Below are positions 43,381 through 55,269 of a stretch of 64,000 nucleotides of DNA, piece after piece. A program made the position numbers and the translations under genes. The notes beneath the pieces were generated by a model. That model had not been told where the DNA came from. It saw only the letters and a list, made by a program, of their open reading frames with translations, and searched no databases. The DNA comes from an uncultured delta proteobacterium (GTDB taxonomy: Bacteria > Desulfobacterota > Desulfuromonadia > Geobacterales > DSM-12255): positions 1,157-65,156 of the forward strand of contig CAWEPN010000004.1 in the NCBI GenBank assembly GCA_963810975.1, given 5' to 3'. Each line of letters starts with the position of its first letter. Within the stretch, counting starts at the first letter, position 1.

Positions 43381-46300
43381 TTATTCTTCCAGCAGTGCGG
43401 TGATCTTCTCCATGAAGGCATCGACAGTGAACGGTTTTTGAATAAAACTTATTCCCTCCTGCAACCGTCCGTCCTTGATAAAGACGTCGTTGGTGTAGCC
43501 GGACATGTAGAGAACTTTGCCGATATCAGCGAGCTCGGCTGACAGTCGCTCGAAGAGTTGCCGGCCGTTCATCCCGGGCATTACCACGTCGGTGATAAGC
43601 AGATCGATCCTGCCGATCTGCTGCGCCCGCTCCAGTGCCTTCATAGGATCGTCTTCCAGGTAGACCCGGTAGCCGAGTCCGGTCAGAAGTTCACCGACCA
43701 TCTCCCGGACCATCTCGTTGTCTTCCACCAGCAAGATAGTAGCGTTGCCGCCCTGATCCGCAACGGCAGCTTCCTTTTCCTGCCCGGCAGGTGGTAAAGG
43801 GCTGGCCGATGCCGGAAAGTAGATTTTAAAACAGGTCCCCTTGCCAACCGTGCTCTGCACTTCGATATAACCGTTATGCTGTTTGACTATGCCGTAGACA
43901 TTGGCCAGGCCAAGACCTGTTCCGTGGCCGACCGGCTTGGTGGTGAAGAATGGCTCGAATATATGCTGCAGAACTGAATCGGTCATACCGCAGCCACTAT
44001 CCCTGCACGACAGCAGGACATTCATTCCGGCGGTTATTTCCGGATGGCTGTGGGCGTACTCGTCATCTATCAGGACCTGCCCGGTCTCGATGACTATCGT
44101 GCCATTGTTGGCAATGGCGTCCTGAGCATTGATGGCCAGATTGAGGATAATCTGCTCAACTTTTGAACGGTCAGCCATTATCACCTGGGGCTGCGGGGAG
44201 AGTTGCAGCTGTATATCGATGTTTTCGCGCAGGGGACGGCGGATCACCGGGAAAAACGAGTTGACGATTTCATTAAGATCAAGGGGACTGGTCTGCATTA
44301 TCTGTTTTCGTCCAAAGCCGAGCAGCTGGTTGGTCAGGTCGCGCGCCCTGAGCGACGACCTGCTGATAGCATCCAGCATGCTGTGCGTTTTCTCGTCATC
44401 GGTGGGAGTTATTTTTTTCAGCATGTCGGCACAGACCATGATCGGCGTCAACAGGTTGTTAAAATCATGGGCCATCCCTCCTGCCAGATGGCCGATGGCT
44501 TCCATTTTTTGCGACTGGTGCAGCTGCTCTTCCAGGGCATTCCGTTCTGTTTCGGCCCGATGGCGCTCGATGGCAATACCGGCAAAGGCAGATGCCTGTT
44601 CGATCAGGCGGAGTTCATCCTCTCCTGGGGATAAAGGCTCCCGGTGATAAATGGCAAAGGTGCCGAGCAGCTTGCCGGAGGAAGAGAATATCGGCTCTGA
44701 CCAGCAGGAGCGCAGACCGGCTTCCTCTGCCGGAGTGAATCCTTTCCAGAAGGGGTGCGTGGCAATATCTTCGACAATAACCCGCTGTCGACGAAATGCC
44801 GCAGTCCCGCAGGAACCGACCCCCTCGCCGATTTTCGTACGATTCACGGCGCTATTGTAGGCAGCCGGGAGACTCGGTGCCGCGCCAGTGAGAAGCCGCT
44901 TGCCATCCTCACTGATCAGCAGGATCGAACAGAGCGCACCCGACCGCTCCTTCTCCACCGACAGGGCGATAAAACCGAGCAGCTCTTGCAGCGAATCTCC
45001 CCGGGCGATCCGCTCCAGCATCTCCGAACGGACATGTTCACGCATCTCCGATTTCTTCAGTTCGGTAATATCCTTGATCAGATGCACCGCCCTGACGATC
45101 CTGCCGGCCTTGTCAAAGACAGGGTCCAGTGAAACATCGTACCAGCTGGCGCCGACCTGCAGCTCCATGACAGCCCGCCTGCCGCTGGCAACCATCTGGT
45201 CAAAAGGACAATTTGCGTGGGGTGCCGGACTGTTGTGGGCGATGTCGCAGCAGCTCCTGCCGCAAACCTCCTGGGCCGAAAGACCGAAAATTGTCTGAGT
45301 GGCCTTGTTGGCGCGGATAATGATCCGTTCCATGTCAAGGAGCCAGATGGCATCGGCCGAGGAGTCAAAGGTCTCCTGCCATTCCTGGGCAGTCACTGCC
45401 AGCTTCTGTTCGGTCAGCTTGCGTTCACTGATGTTGCGCACGACGCTCAGGATGAATGTTTTACCCTGTATCTCGATAGGTCTGGCATGAACCTCGATAG
45501 GTACAATACTGCCGGACAGATGCAGATAGGCCGACTCAAATTGGGCGTCGCCACCGCGGGCAATCAGTTTTTGAATGTTTTCCACAACCCTGGCGGCATA
45601 TTCCGGTGGCTCAATCTCCTGGATCAGCCGGTTTTCCAACCCTCGCGACTGTACCCGGAAATACGACAAAGCGCTTCATTGAAGTAGCAGAGTCTGCCGG
45701 TGACATCGAGAAGAAGTACTGCATCGGTAGCTGAATCAAGTAATTCAACCTTGGTGCGGTTGTCTGACTGTTCCATATTAAGCAGGTCGTTGGTATCTTC
45801 AAGGAGTTTAAGCTGCCGTAGAAAAAGCAGGGAGAGCAGAAAGATGACCGCCATCAGCAGGAGTAAAACAGACCCTTGCACATAACAGGAGGACAACCAG
45901 TGGGCAGTGACATCTGCCTTGCTCATGGAAACGATGGCGACTAGCGGCAGGCTGTCAAAGGCATGGTAGGAGACGATGCTCATGTCGCCGCTGACCGGTG
46001 AGATAAAGTGGTGCGTTCCGGTGCGTGCTGCCGGGATCATGGTTTTAAAAAGGCTGGAGGCGGCAAGATCAACCAAAGGTGGTTTGTCCTGATGCGGTTC
46101 CATGATGAGCATATCGCCGCCGGTCGTTGCGAGAATTATCCGGCCTTGATTGCCGACACTGAGGGACTTGTAAAAGTTCTCAAAATACTTTGTCTCGAAG
46201 GTTGCCGCTACTAGCGCAATTAACTTGCCGTCAGCGTTGCGCACGGAGCGGCTGAGGCAGAAGCGGGAGGTGCCGCTTACCCTGCTGGTAAACGGCTTTG

Positions 46301-46748
46301 ATATGTACATTCCTGCTGACGGGGAATCACGATGAAACAGAAAATAGTCGCGATCAGCCACATTAACAGGCTTCATGCGAAATTCCTTCGAATGGGCGAC
46401 AATCATGCCGCTGGCATCTACAATAAAAACCGAGCTGAACTGGGGTCCACTCAGGGCATATTGAGTAAGAAGTTCGTAAAAACGTGCACTCTGGGTGAAA
46501 GACAGCCCGCCATTCTTATTTATGTCGTCCTGGAGGTTTTTCAATGAATTGTCAGCATCGGTAAAGACCCGCTCGCCATGTTCCTTAAGGGCATTGGCGT
46601 AGCTTGCCGAACTCTTTTCAGCGTTGCTGACAACTATCTGGTACTCTTTTGCAAAGCTCCAATAAAAGAAGAATGCCAGCAACAGCAGTACCAGACCAAC
46701 AGTACTTAATATCTTGAGTTTGATTTTTTTATATGGACCACTTGGCAT
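43381..46748 (-). CDS. Hybrid sensor histidine kinase, about 1130 aa (TM-Cache-like sensor, PAS, PAS, GAF, HisKA, HATPase, REC); frameshift near 45655
   Basis: The track ORF 45624-46748 ends inside a PAS domain (..ISGYSRE..) that continues in ORF 43381-45669 (..[15 protein letters not shown]..). H-box HDFNNLL. C-terminal receiver with DVVMPGMNG. Confidence 0.7.
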
Positions 46749-46946
46749 AAATTTACTCTCCAGGCTGTGTGAAAGCAGATGTCAAAAAGATATTGCAGTA
46801 GCTTGCCAGTCAATTACAAAACATCGTTATTTTTCATTATAGCCGGTTTTTTGAGAAACATATAGTGGCCAATGAGATTTGCACTGTTTTGGTAAATAGT
46901 AAGGAGTTGAGGCTGTTGCGTTTGGTTGAGTCTGTCGACTGGCTGG

Positions 46947-47333
46947 TTACTCTGGAGGGAGCAGTATGCTGAGATCCTCGGCAATAAACGGTTTGCGAAT
47001 CGCGCCTGTGAAACCGAAGGCAGTCGGGTTCTCCATCAGCGGATCAAACGGATTTCCTGAAGATATGAAGGCATTTACCTGTGGATCGATGGCTAGCAGC
47101 AGCTTGACAACTTCACGGCCTCCCATGCTTCCCGGTATATTGATGTCAAGAATTACCGCATGGAAGCGTGTCCCCTCGGCCAGTGCCTCCCGGTAGCGTT
47201 CGATCGCTTCTGTTCCCTTTCTGGTCAGCACAACTTCGAATCCCAGTCGCTGCAACATGAACTCGGTAATGAAGCAGACATCTTCATCGTCGTCCATTAC
47301 CAGAACTCTTGGTTTAGTGACTGATTTACTCAT
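46947..47333 (-). CDS. Single-domain response regulator (CheY-like receiver)
   Basis: VLVMDDDEDV, DINIPGSMGG, K near the C-terminus. 128 aa. Confidence 0.8.
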   Translation of the reverse strand: MSKSVTKPRVLVMDDDEDVCFITEFMLQRLGFEVVLTRKGTEAIERYREALAEGTRFHAVILDINIPGSMGGREVVKLLLAIDPQVNAFISSGNPFDPLMENPTAFGFTGAIRKPFIAEDLSILLPPE

Positions 47334-47500
47334 GAATATTGCTCTTTGCTGTGCGCAGCCGAATTTTTGTCCTGAATAGAATTGCTGCTATTGTCATCTA
47401 ATCTCTGCGGGTACAATTCCCCTCGGCTTGCTGCGATGTGAGCATCAAAATACTTGTTCAGATACCCCGCCGCTTGCGGCGGGGTGATTCATTTGCTTTC

Positions 47501-47977
47501 TCAGTTCTCAGTCATGAAATGCTGTTCGTACAGGTCCTCAAGTTGCTGAAGATGGCGGGTTTCGTCCGCAAGCAGCCTCTCCATAAGTTTTCCCATGGGA
47601 GCGCCGGCGCAAGCATGAGCCATTTTCTGGTAAAAGACGATGGCTTCATTCTCCAGATGAATTGAGTAGGCAAGTGCTTCTCTTGAATCGGAGTCAGGTC
47701 GCAACTCCTTTTTAACTATAACCGAATCAAGTTTCATGGTCGGGAGTGGTTCGTAGAGGGTCCCTTCAGAGATATGGCCGTCAATCAGGGCTTTTTCAAG
47801 TTCGTATTTGTGGGAAAGTTCATCCAGGGCAGCGTCCTTGAGGATCGCTTTTGCCGATCTTGATTTTACCTTACGGATAGCTTCCAGATAGTTTCTGAAA
47901 CCTTCGTTCTCCATGGTGATTGCCGTCTCCAAAGCGCCTTCAAATGTGTAACATACATCAGCTCGCTCGCTCATCAT
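47501..47977 (-). CDS. Ferritin-like diiron four-helix-bundle protein (rubrerythrin-family, no rubredoxin domain)
   Basis: ExxH pairs (ENEGFRNY...ELSHKYELE...ENEAIVFYQKMAH). 158 aa. Confidence 0.6.
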   Translation of the reverse strand: MMSERADVCYTFEGALETAITMENEGFRNYLEAIRKVKSRSAKAILKDAALDELSHKYELEKALIDGHISEGTLYEPLPTMKLDSVIVKKELRPDSDSREALAYSIHLENEAIVFYQKMAHACAGAPMGKLMERLLADETRHLQQLEDLYEQHFMTEN

Positions 47978-48223
47978 CTCCTCCGTAAAATACTGTCAAG
48001 AATATGGCCATTTATTAGCATGTTGCCGTGTTAAGCTCAATAGCAATGTAGGTAGTTAGATAAGAATATTTTTAGCTTGACGAAACCGGCACCATTTAAG
48101 TAAAATCCGCATCTATTTTATGTATACAGTATTCAGTGTGCAGAATTGATAGCAGTTATCAGAAGTTTATAAAGGGATTTCATGGCTTTGCCGTGAACCC
48201 CAAATCAACCCAGGAGGTAGGAG

Positions 48224-49829
48224 ATGCCACACACAAAGAATTACGGTACCTTGCAAGACCGCGTACGTCACAAGTCACTGTTGAGCAAGGTTATGACAGC
48301 AGAGGAGACAGTTCAATTCTTCAAGCCGGGCATGAATCTTGGCTGGTCCGGGTTTACCCCGGCTGGTTATCCGAAAGTAGTGCCTATTGCTGTTGCTGAG
48401 CATGTTGAAAAAAACAACCTCCAGGGCAAGTGGAAGTTCAACCTCTTTATCGGCGCGTCTGTCGGTGCAGAGACTGAAGACCGCTGGGCAGTCAATGACA
48501 TGATCGACCGCCGCTGGCCTTACCAGACCGGCAAGAACATCGCCGCCGGCATCAACGAAGGCCGCATCCGCATGGGCGACAAGCACCTTTCCCTCTTTGC
48601 CCAGGACCTTGGCTATGGTTTCTACACCAAGGACTCACGAAACCGGCAAACTTGACCTGGCAATAATCGAAGTATCCGCAATTACCGAAGACGGCAGTCT
48701 GGTTCCGACCTCATCCTGCGGCGTTATTCCCGAAATCCTGATGCAGTGCGACAAGATCATCATCGAGGTAAACACCGGACAGCCATCTTTCGAAGGGATT
48801 CACGATCTTCTTACTCCGCTTACTCCGCCGAACCGCCAGGTGTTCAACATCACCAAGGCTAACTCCCGTATCGGTTCCACCTCGATCCCCTGCGATCCGA
48901 AGAAAATCATCGCCGTGGTCGAGTCCAAACTGCGTGACCAGGGGCGTGCCTTTGCCGAGCAGGACGACACCTCCGAGGCGATTGCCAACCACGTCATCGA
49001 CTTCTTTACTCAGGAAGTTAAAGCCGGCCGTCTGCCGGACAACCTGCTGCCGCTCCAGTCCGGCGTCGGTTCCATCGCCAACGCCGTTATCGGCGGTCTG
49101 GCCAAGGGTCCGTTCTACAACCTGTCTGTCTACACCGAGGTTCTCCAGGACACCATGCTTGACCTGTTTGACTCGGGCAAACTGGACTGCGCTTCTTCCT
49201 GCTCGCTGTCGCTCTCGGCAGAACCGGGCTTCCCGAAATTCTTCGCCAACATGGAGAAGTATTTCGACAAGATCGTGCTCCGTCCGCTCTCCATCTCCAA
49301 TGCTCCTGAGCCGATCCGTCGTCTCGGGTGTATCGCCATGAACACCCCGGTTGAGATCGACATCTACGCTCACGCCAACTCGACCCTGGTCGGCGGTACC
49401 CGCATGATCAACGGTCTCGGCGGTTCCGGCGACTTCCTCCGCAACGGCTACCTGAAGATGATGCACACCCCGTCGAGCCGGCCGAGCAAGACCGATCCGA
49501 CCGGTATCTCCTGCGTGGTGCCGCACTGCTCACACATCGACCACACCGAGCACGACCTTGACTGCGTCATCACCGAGCAGGGCCTTGCCGACCTGCGCGG
49601 CCTGGCGCCGAAGGATCGCGCCCGCCGGATCATCGAGAAGTGCGCCCATCCGGACTACAAGGATCAGCTGAACGAATACCTTGCCATTGCCGAGCACGAG
49701 TGTCTCCGTCGCAAGGTGGGTCATGAGCCGCAGCTTTGGGATCGCGCTTTCAAGATGCATCTCAATCTTGAGAAGAACGGCACCATGAAGCTCAAGAACT
49801 GGGATGTAAAGGTTGACCTCTGCGAATAA
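48224..49829 (+). CDS. Acetyl-CoA hydrolase/transferase family (succinyl-CoA:acetate CoA-transferase-like); frameshift near 48640
   Basis: Track ORFs 48224-48655 and 48597-49829 are contiguous in homology (about 535 aa). GG and CoA-transferase family III-like motifs. Confidence 0.7.
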
Positions 49830-49860
49830 ATTAACTTAATGGCAATAGTTGTAAACAAGA

Positions 49861-49892
49861 AACCCTAAGCATGCTGCTTAGGGTTTCTTGTC
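49861..49892 (+). terminator. Hairpin terminator candidate
   Basis: AACCCTAAGCA-TGC-TGCTTAGGGTT then TCTTGTC. Confidence 0.55.
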
Positions 49893-50029
49893 ATAAAATC
49901 ATCTTTGAATTTGTCGCTCGGTCTAACATGATGAAACTGCAACTCCAATTTGCAGTTGTTTTCATTTGACTACTAAACTGGCGGCTGTTAAAGCTTTTCA
50001 AAATTGAAGATCAATCGATATGGTGCCGT

Positions 50030-50280
50030 ACCTTTAGCGGGTACGGATAATAGGGAAGAGGGTGAAAAACCCTCGCTGTCCCGCAACTGTAAGGGTGTAC
50101 TGATCTCGCACAATACCACTGGGGAAACCTGGGAAGGGGCGAAATCGGGTTGATCCCCAAGCCAGGAAACCTGCCATTCCGATGCTGTTTTGGAACCTCC
50201 GTGGAAAGAGGGGCCGGGACCGGAGTGTATCCACACACCACGATTTCGACCCCTTCCGACACCGGACAGGGGTTTTTTGT
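50030..50280 (+). promoter_or_regulatory. Probable TPP (THI-box) riboswitch with a terminator-type expression platform in the thiC leader
   Basis: ACUGAUCUCGCACAAUACCACUGGGGAAAC resembles the conserved CUGAUCYGGAUAAUACCRGCGNAGGGA half. The 5' half has GGGUG but an atypical CUGUAA in place of CUGAGA. A CCCCT...AGGGG TTTTTT attenuator lies at about 50240-50275. The leader is about 340 nt. Confidence 0.5.
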
Positions 50281-50331
50281 TGGGCAAATTATCAACTTTT
50301 TTAGACATCAACCAATAGGGAGCTAAAAATC

Positions 50332-51642
50332 ATGTCAACCCAGATCGAATTCGCCCGCCAAGGCATTATTACTTCACAGATGCATACCGTGGCTCTTAAT
50401 GAGCAGCTTGAAGCGGAGTACATCCGCCAAATGGTGGCCGAAGGTAAAATAGTCATACCCTGGAATCATAACCGTAAACCCTCAAGGATTGCAGGGATCG
50501 GTAAAGGGTTGTCAACCAAGGTCAACGCTTCTATCGGCACCTCCTCGGATATTGTTGACTACAGTGCGGAGGTGCAAAAGGCTCTGGCGGCTCAGGAAGC
50601 CGGTGCTGATACCCTGATGGAACTTTCCGCAGGCGGTGATCTTGATCGGGTAAGGCGCGAGGTGCTTGCCGCCGTTGAACTGCCGGTCGGCAATGTTCCG
50701 CTCTACCAGGCTTTCTGTGAGGCTGCCCGCAAATATGGCGATCCCAACAAGCTTGACGAGGAGATGCTCTTCGATCTGATCGAAAAACAGTGCGCCGACG
50801 GCATGGCTTTTATGGCGGTTCACTGCGGTATCAACCTTTGCACCATCGAACGGCTTCGGAAGCAGGGGTATCGCTATGGCGGGCTGGTTTCCAAGGGGGG
50901 CGTATCAATGGTTGCCTGGATGATTGCCAACAATCGTGAAAACCCGCTCTACGAAAAATTCGACCGGGTGGTCTCGATTCTTAAGCGATACGACACAGTG
51001 TTGTCGCTTGGCAATGGTCTGCGTGCGGGTGCTATTCACGACTCCTCTGATCGAGCCCAGATTCAGGAGTTGATTTTTAACTGCGAGCTGGCCGAAATCG
51101 GTCGAGAGATGGGTTGCCAAATGTTGGTGGAAGGGCCTGGGCACGTTCCACTGGACGAGATTGAGGGGAATATTCAGTTGCAAAAGCGGATGAGCGGCGG
51201 GGCGCCATATTATATGCTTGGCCCGATTACTACAGATGTGGCCCCCGGCTTCGACCACATCACTGCCGCCATAGGTGCAGCCCAATCGAGCCGCTTCGGT
51301 GCTGATCTGATCTGTTACATTACTCCTGCGGAGCATCTTGCTCTTCCCAATGAGGAGGACGTGCGTATGGGGGTCAAGGCTGCCAAGATTGCGGCATATA
51401 TTGGCGATATGAACAAATATCCGGAAAAGGGGCGTGAGCGGGATAAGCAGATGTCCAAGGCCCGGCGCGATCTGAACTGGGAAAAGCAGTTTAATCTGGC
51501 ACTCTATCCTGATGATGCTTGTGCTATTCGCGCGAGCCGTACCCCTGAAGATGAAGAGACCTGCACCATGTGTGGCGACTTCTGTGCCTCGCGCGGCGCT
51601 GGCAAGCTATTTTCCGCTGATCTGAAAGGTGATAAGCTCTGA
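50332..51642 (+). CDS. thiC: Phosphomethylpyrimidine synthase ThiC
   Basis: TKVNASIGTS and the C-terminal CTMCGDFC cluster. 436 aa. Confidence 0.9.
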   Translation: MSTQIEFARQGIITSQMHTVALNEQLEAEYIRQMVAEGKIVIPWNHNRKPSRIAGIGKGLSTKVNASIGTSSDIVDYSAEVQKALAAQEAGADTLMELSAGGDLDRVRREVLAAVELPVGNVPLYQAFCEAARKYGDPNKLDEEMLFDLIEKQCADGMAFMAVHCGINLCTIERLRKQGYRYGGLVSKGGVSMVAWMIANNRENPLYEKFDRVVSILKRYDTVLSLGNGLRAGAIHDSSDRAQIQELIFNCELAEIGREMGCQMLVEGPGHVPLDEIEGNIQLQKRMSGGAPYYMLGPITTDVAPGFDHITAAIGAAQSSRFGADLICYITPAEHLALPNEEDVRMGVKAAKIAAYIGDMNKYPEKGRERDKQMSKARRDLNWEKQFNLALYPDDACAIRASRTPEDEETCTMCGDFCASRGAGKLFSADLKGDKL

Positions 51643-51744
51643 AAAGAGGCAACCGGGCCTTTAGAGAAGATTTTTGTGGGCAGAGGACTTGACAGTAAGG
51701 TGGTTTGTAATTAGTTTTTAAATAATTACCACAGGAGGTCATCA

Positions 51745-53094
51745 ATGCGCATATCCAGCTATCTTTTTGTTACGGCACTTTCTATGACTTTGGTCTGTCC
51801 AGTTTCTCCGGCGAGTGCCAAATATTCGCCACCGGACTTTGTAGAGATGGCCAAGAGACTGAAACCGACCGTTGTTAATATCGGAACCGAGAAAAAGGCG
51901 AAACAACAGCGGCGTCAGCAGCTTAGGCCTTACGGTAATTCACCCTTTGGCAGTGACCCCTTTCAGGATTTCTTCGACAGGTTTTTTGATGAGCAGCTTC
52001 CGCAGAGCAGGGCGCAGAAGAGTCTCGGTTCAGGCTTTGTCATAAGCGATGACGGCTATATCCTTACGAACAACCATGTAGTCGATGGAGCAGATGAGAT
52101 AAAGGTGAAGTTTGACAACGGCAAGGAGCTCAAGGGGGAGTTGAAAGGGAGTGACGCCAAGCTTGACCTTGCGCTGATAAAGGTAACTACCGATGAAAAA
52201 CTATCCGTTGCGGCTCTTGGCGACAGTGACGCGATAGAGGTCGGTGAATGGGTAATGGCAATCGGCAATCCTTTCGGTTTGTCGGAAACCGTTACCGCCG
52301 GAATTGTCAGCGCAAAAGGGAGGGTTATCGGCAGCGGTCCCTATGATGATTTCATCCAGACTGACGCCTCTATTAATCCGGGCAATTCAGGCGGACCTCT
52401 CTTTAATGGCAAAGGCGAGGTTGTCGGGATAAATACCGCTATAATCAATGGCGGCCAGGGGATAGGCTTTGCTATTCCGGTAAATATGGCGAAGTCAATC
52501 ATTACACAATTGAAGGACAAGGGGAAGGTCACCAGAGGATGGATGGGGGTTTCGGTTCAGCAGGTGACAAAAGACCTTGCCGACTCTTTCGGGCTTCCGG
52601 CTGAAGGGGGCGCGCTGGTGAGTGAAGTGACCCCTGACAGTCCTGCAGAGAAAGGTGGCATGAAATCCGGCGACATAATCATCAGCTTTGACGGCAAGGC
52701 TATAAAAGAGATGACTGACCTGCCGCGTCTTGTAGCGGCAACAGCTACAGGGAAGAGTGTTGCGGTGAAGATCATTCGTGATGGAAAGGAAGAGTCTCTC
52801 ACTCTTGTCATTGAGAAGATGAAAGATGATGAAGAGCCATCAGCTGAAACTCAGGATAAACTGGGCTTAACAGTAAAAGATCTGACGAAAGAGCTTGCTG
52901 CAAGCCTTCGGATCAAGGATACCTCAGGCGTGGTAGTCACGGATGTAAAGCCGGACAGTCTTGCCGCCAGTGCCGGGATCCAGAGGGGAGACATCGTCCG
53001 GGAGATAAACGGGGTCAGGATCACCAAGACTGAAGAGTATGAAAAAGCTCTTGCCAGTGCCAAAAAGGACAAAGTTGCTGAGGCTTCTCGTTAA
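51745..53094 (+). CDS. Periplasmic serine endoprotease DegP/HtrA-like (trypsin domain plus two PDZ)
   Basis: Signal peptide. Catalytic triad context HVV, DLALIK, GNSGGPL. Two PDZ domains. 449 aa. Confidence 0.88.
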   Translation: MRISSYLFVTALSMTLVCPVSPASAKYSPPDFVEMAKRLKPTVVNIGTEKKAKQQRRQQLRPYGNSPFGSDPFQDFFDRFFDEQLPQSRAQKSLGSGFVISDDGYILTNNHVVDGADEIKVKFDNGKELKGELKGSDAKLDLALIKVTTDEKLSVAALGDSDAIEVGEWVMAIGNPFGLSETVTAGIVSAKGRVIGSGPYDDFIQTDASINPGNSGGPLFNGKGEVVGINTAIINGGQGIGFAIPVNMAKSIITQLKDKGKVTRGWMGVSVQQVTKDLADSFGLPAEGGALVSEVTPDSPAEKGGMKSGDIIISFDGKAIKEMTDLPRLVAATATGKSVAVKIIRDGKEESLTLVIEKMKDDEEPSAETQDKLGLTVKDLTKELAASLRIKDTSGVVVTDVKPDSLAASAGIQRGDIVREINGVRITKTEEYEKALASAKKDKVAEASR

Positions 53095-53157
53095 ACATGG
53101 CGAGAGTTCGAGATTTGTTGCCATAAAAGTGGAGTAGTCAACGCAATGAATGAACTG

Positions 53158-53195
53158 AAATGGCCGAGACCACAAACGTGTGGTCTCGGCCATTT
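53158..53195. terminator. Bidirectional hairpin terminator between convergent degP-like and amtB
   Basis: AAATGGCCGAGACCACA-AACG-TGTGGTCTCGGCCATTT, a perfect 17-bp stem. Confidence 0.7.
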
Positions 53196-53218
53196 GTCAT
53201 GCAGGATTGTTCTTTTAT

Positions 53219-54694
53219 CTAGTTGTAACCACTCTCCGAATGCTGGGTCTGGTCAAGACCAATGATCTCATCCTCTTTTTCAACCCTGAGGCCAATCGTC
53301 TTCTGCAGAACAAATGCAATAACCAGCGTAACGATAAATGCATAAGCCCCTGCAGCACCGACAGCTATCACCTGGGTCATGAACTGCTTGACATCACCGG
53401 CAAGCAGGCCCTTCGCCCCTACTGTGGCGAAAACACCCGTCAGGAGAGCTCCGGTAGTACCACCTATACCATGCACGCCAAAAGCATCAAGCGAATCGTC
53501 ATATTTAAGCTTCGCCTTCAGCATCACACCGCCGTAACAGACCAGACCGGCAGCAACACCGAGTATAAGAGCTGCTCCCGGCTGAACAAAACCAGCTGCC
53601 GGAGTAATCACTACCAAACCTGCCACCACACCAGAACCAAAACCGAGAGCAGAGGGCTTACCGGAGTGGAGCCATTCTGCTAACATCCAGGTGAGGCCCG
53701 CCACTGCAGGAGCGATAGTAGTAGTGGTCATGGCAAGACCGGCAAGACCACCGGAAGCATCAGAGCAGTTTACTCCGACGATGGCAGAACCGGCATTAAA
53801 ACCGTACCAGCCGAACCAGAGCATGCCAACACCAAGCATTGTCAGCGGCAGGCTGTGCGGGGCCATCCTTTCGGTCGGGAAACCATGACGCTTGCCAAGA
53901 AATAGAAGAGCTGCCAGAGCGGAAATACCAGAGGAGAGATGAACTACCGTACCACCGGCAAAGTCAAGCGCACCCTTCTTGAAGAGCCAGCCATCTGTCA
54001 TCCAGACCCAATGTGCCAGCGGATCGTAGACAAGCGTCGTCCAGAGCAGCACAAACAGGCAATAGGCTGAAAATTTGATCCTTTCAGCAAGAGCACCTGA
54101 AATAAGGGCTACGGTGATGATGGCAAACATGCATTGGTACATGGCGAAAACATATTCGGGTATTGCTCCCGGCTCTGTCGTCACGTTCTGGAAAAGGGTA
54201 TAAACCGGCGCTCCATCGCTGGCGAACGTTATCAGGCCGTTCAGCATAGCTTTGCTGGTATTGCCGATCAGTCCCATGAAGGCGTCAGGTCCGAAGGAGA
54301 GCGAGTAGCCGATGACCGCCCACTGAACCCCGACTATCCCCATGGCAACAAAGGAGTGCATCATGGTAGAGAGTACGTTCTTCTGCCGGACCATGCCGCC
54401 GTAAAAGAAGGCCAGCCCGGGAATCATGAAGAGTACCAGTGCGCTGGACATAAGCATCCAGGCGGTATCGCCGGTATTGAGAACCGGATCGACATTTTTG
54501 GGTTTGGCTGCTTCAGCCGCTTCAGCAGGAGCAGCCATGGCAGCCGGGGCAGCTGCGGCGGCAGGTGCTGCAGTTTCGGTTGCGGCGGCAGGTGCTGCCG
54601 ACGGAGACTTCGGCTCTTCAGCGGTTGCCAGCAGAGGCAAAAGTGTCAGGGTCGAGAGCAACAGCGCTTTTATTAACAATCCTCGGAATTTCAT
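53219..54694 (-). CDS. amtB: Ammonium transporter Amt, with an Ala/Pro-rich N-terminal extension
   Basis: 11-TM Amt/MEP fold with conserved DFAGG and twin-His context. 491 aa. Confidence 0.88.
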   Translation of the reverse strand: MKFRGLLIKALLLSTLTLLPLLATAEEPKSPSAAPAAATETAAPAAAAAPAAMAAPAEAAEAAKPKNVDPVLNTGDTAWMLMSSALVLFMIPGLAFFYGGMVRQKNVLSTMMHSFVAMGIVGVQWAVIGYSLSFGPDAFMGLIGNTSKAMLNGLITFASDGAPVYTLFQNVTTEPGAIPEYVFAMYQCMFAIITVALISGALAERIKFSAYCLFVLLWTTLVYDPLAHWVWMTDGWLFKKGALDFAGGTVVHLSSGISALAALLFLGKRHGFPTERMAPHSLPLTMLGVGMLWFGWYGFNAGSAIVGVNCSDASGGLAGLAMTTTTIAPAVAGLTWMLAEWLHSGKPSALGFGSGVVAGLVVITPAAGFVQPGAALILGVAAGLVCYGGVMLKAKLKYDDSLDAFGVHGIGGTTGALLTGVFATVGAKGLLAGDVKQFMTQVIAVGAAGAYAFIVTLVIAFVLQKTIGLRVEKEDEIIGLDQTQHSESGYN

Positions 54695-54742
54695 AGTATC
54701 CTCCGTATTACTTTTATTAGTTTACAGACTTCCTCGACCAGT

Positions 54743-55099
<357 letters not shown>

Positions 55100-55269
55100 T
55101 TATCTGCACAATCATTCATTAGCTGGCTGCATGAATCAGAAGTTGAAGGCTGCCTTCAGACCGACAACGCTCTGATCCTTTTACTCATGGGGAGGATCAG
55201 GCTTCATTTCTGGCTGTGGAATTAAATGCGTTGGAATACAGGTAATATGGGAGAAATTTTGAATGTTAT

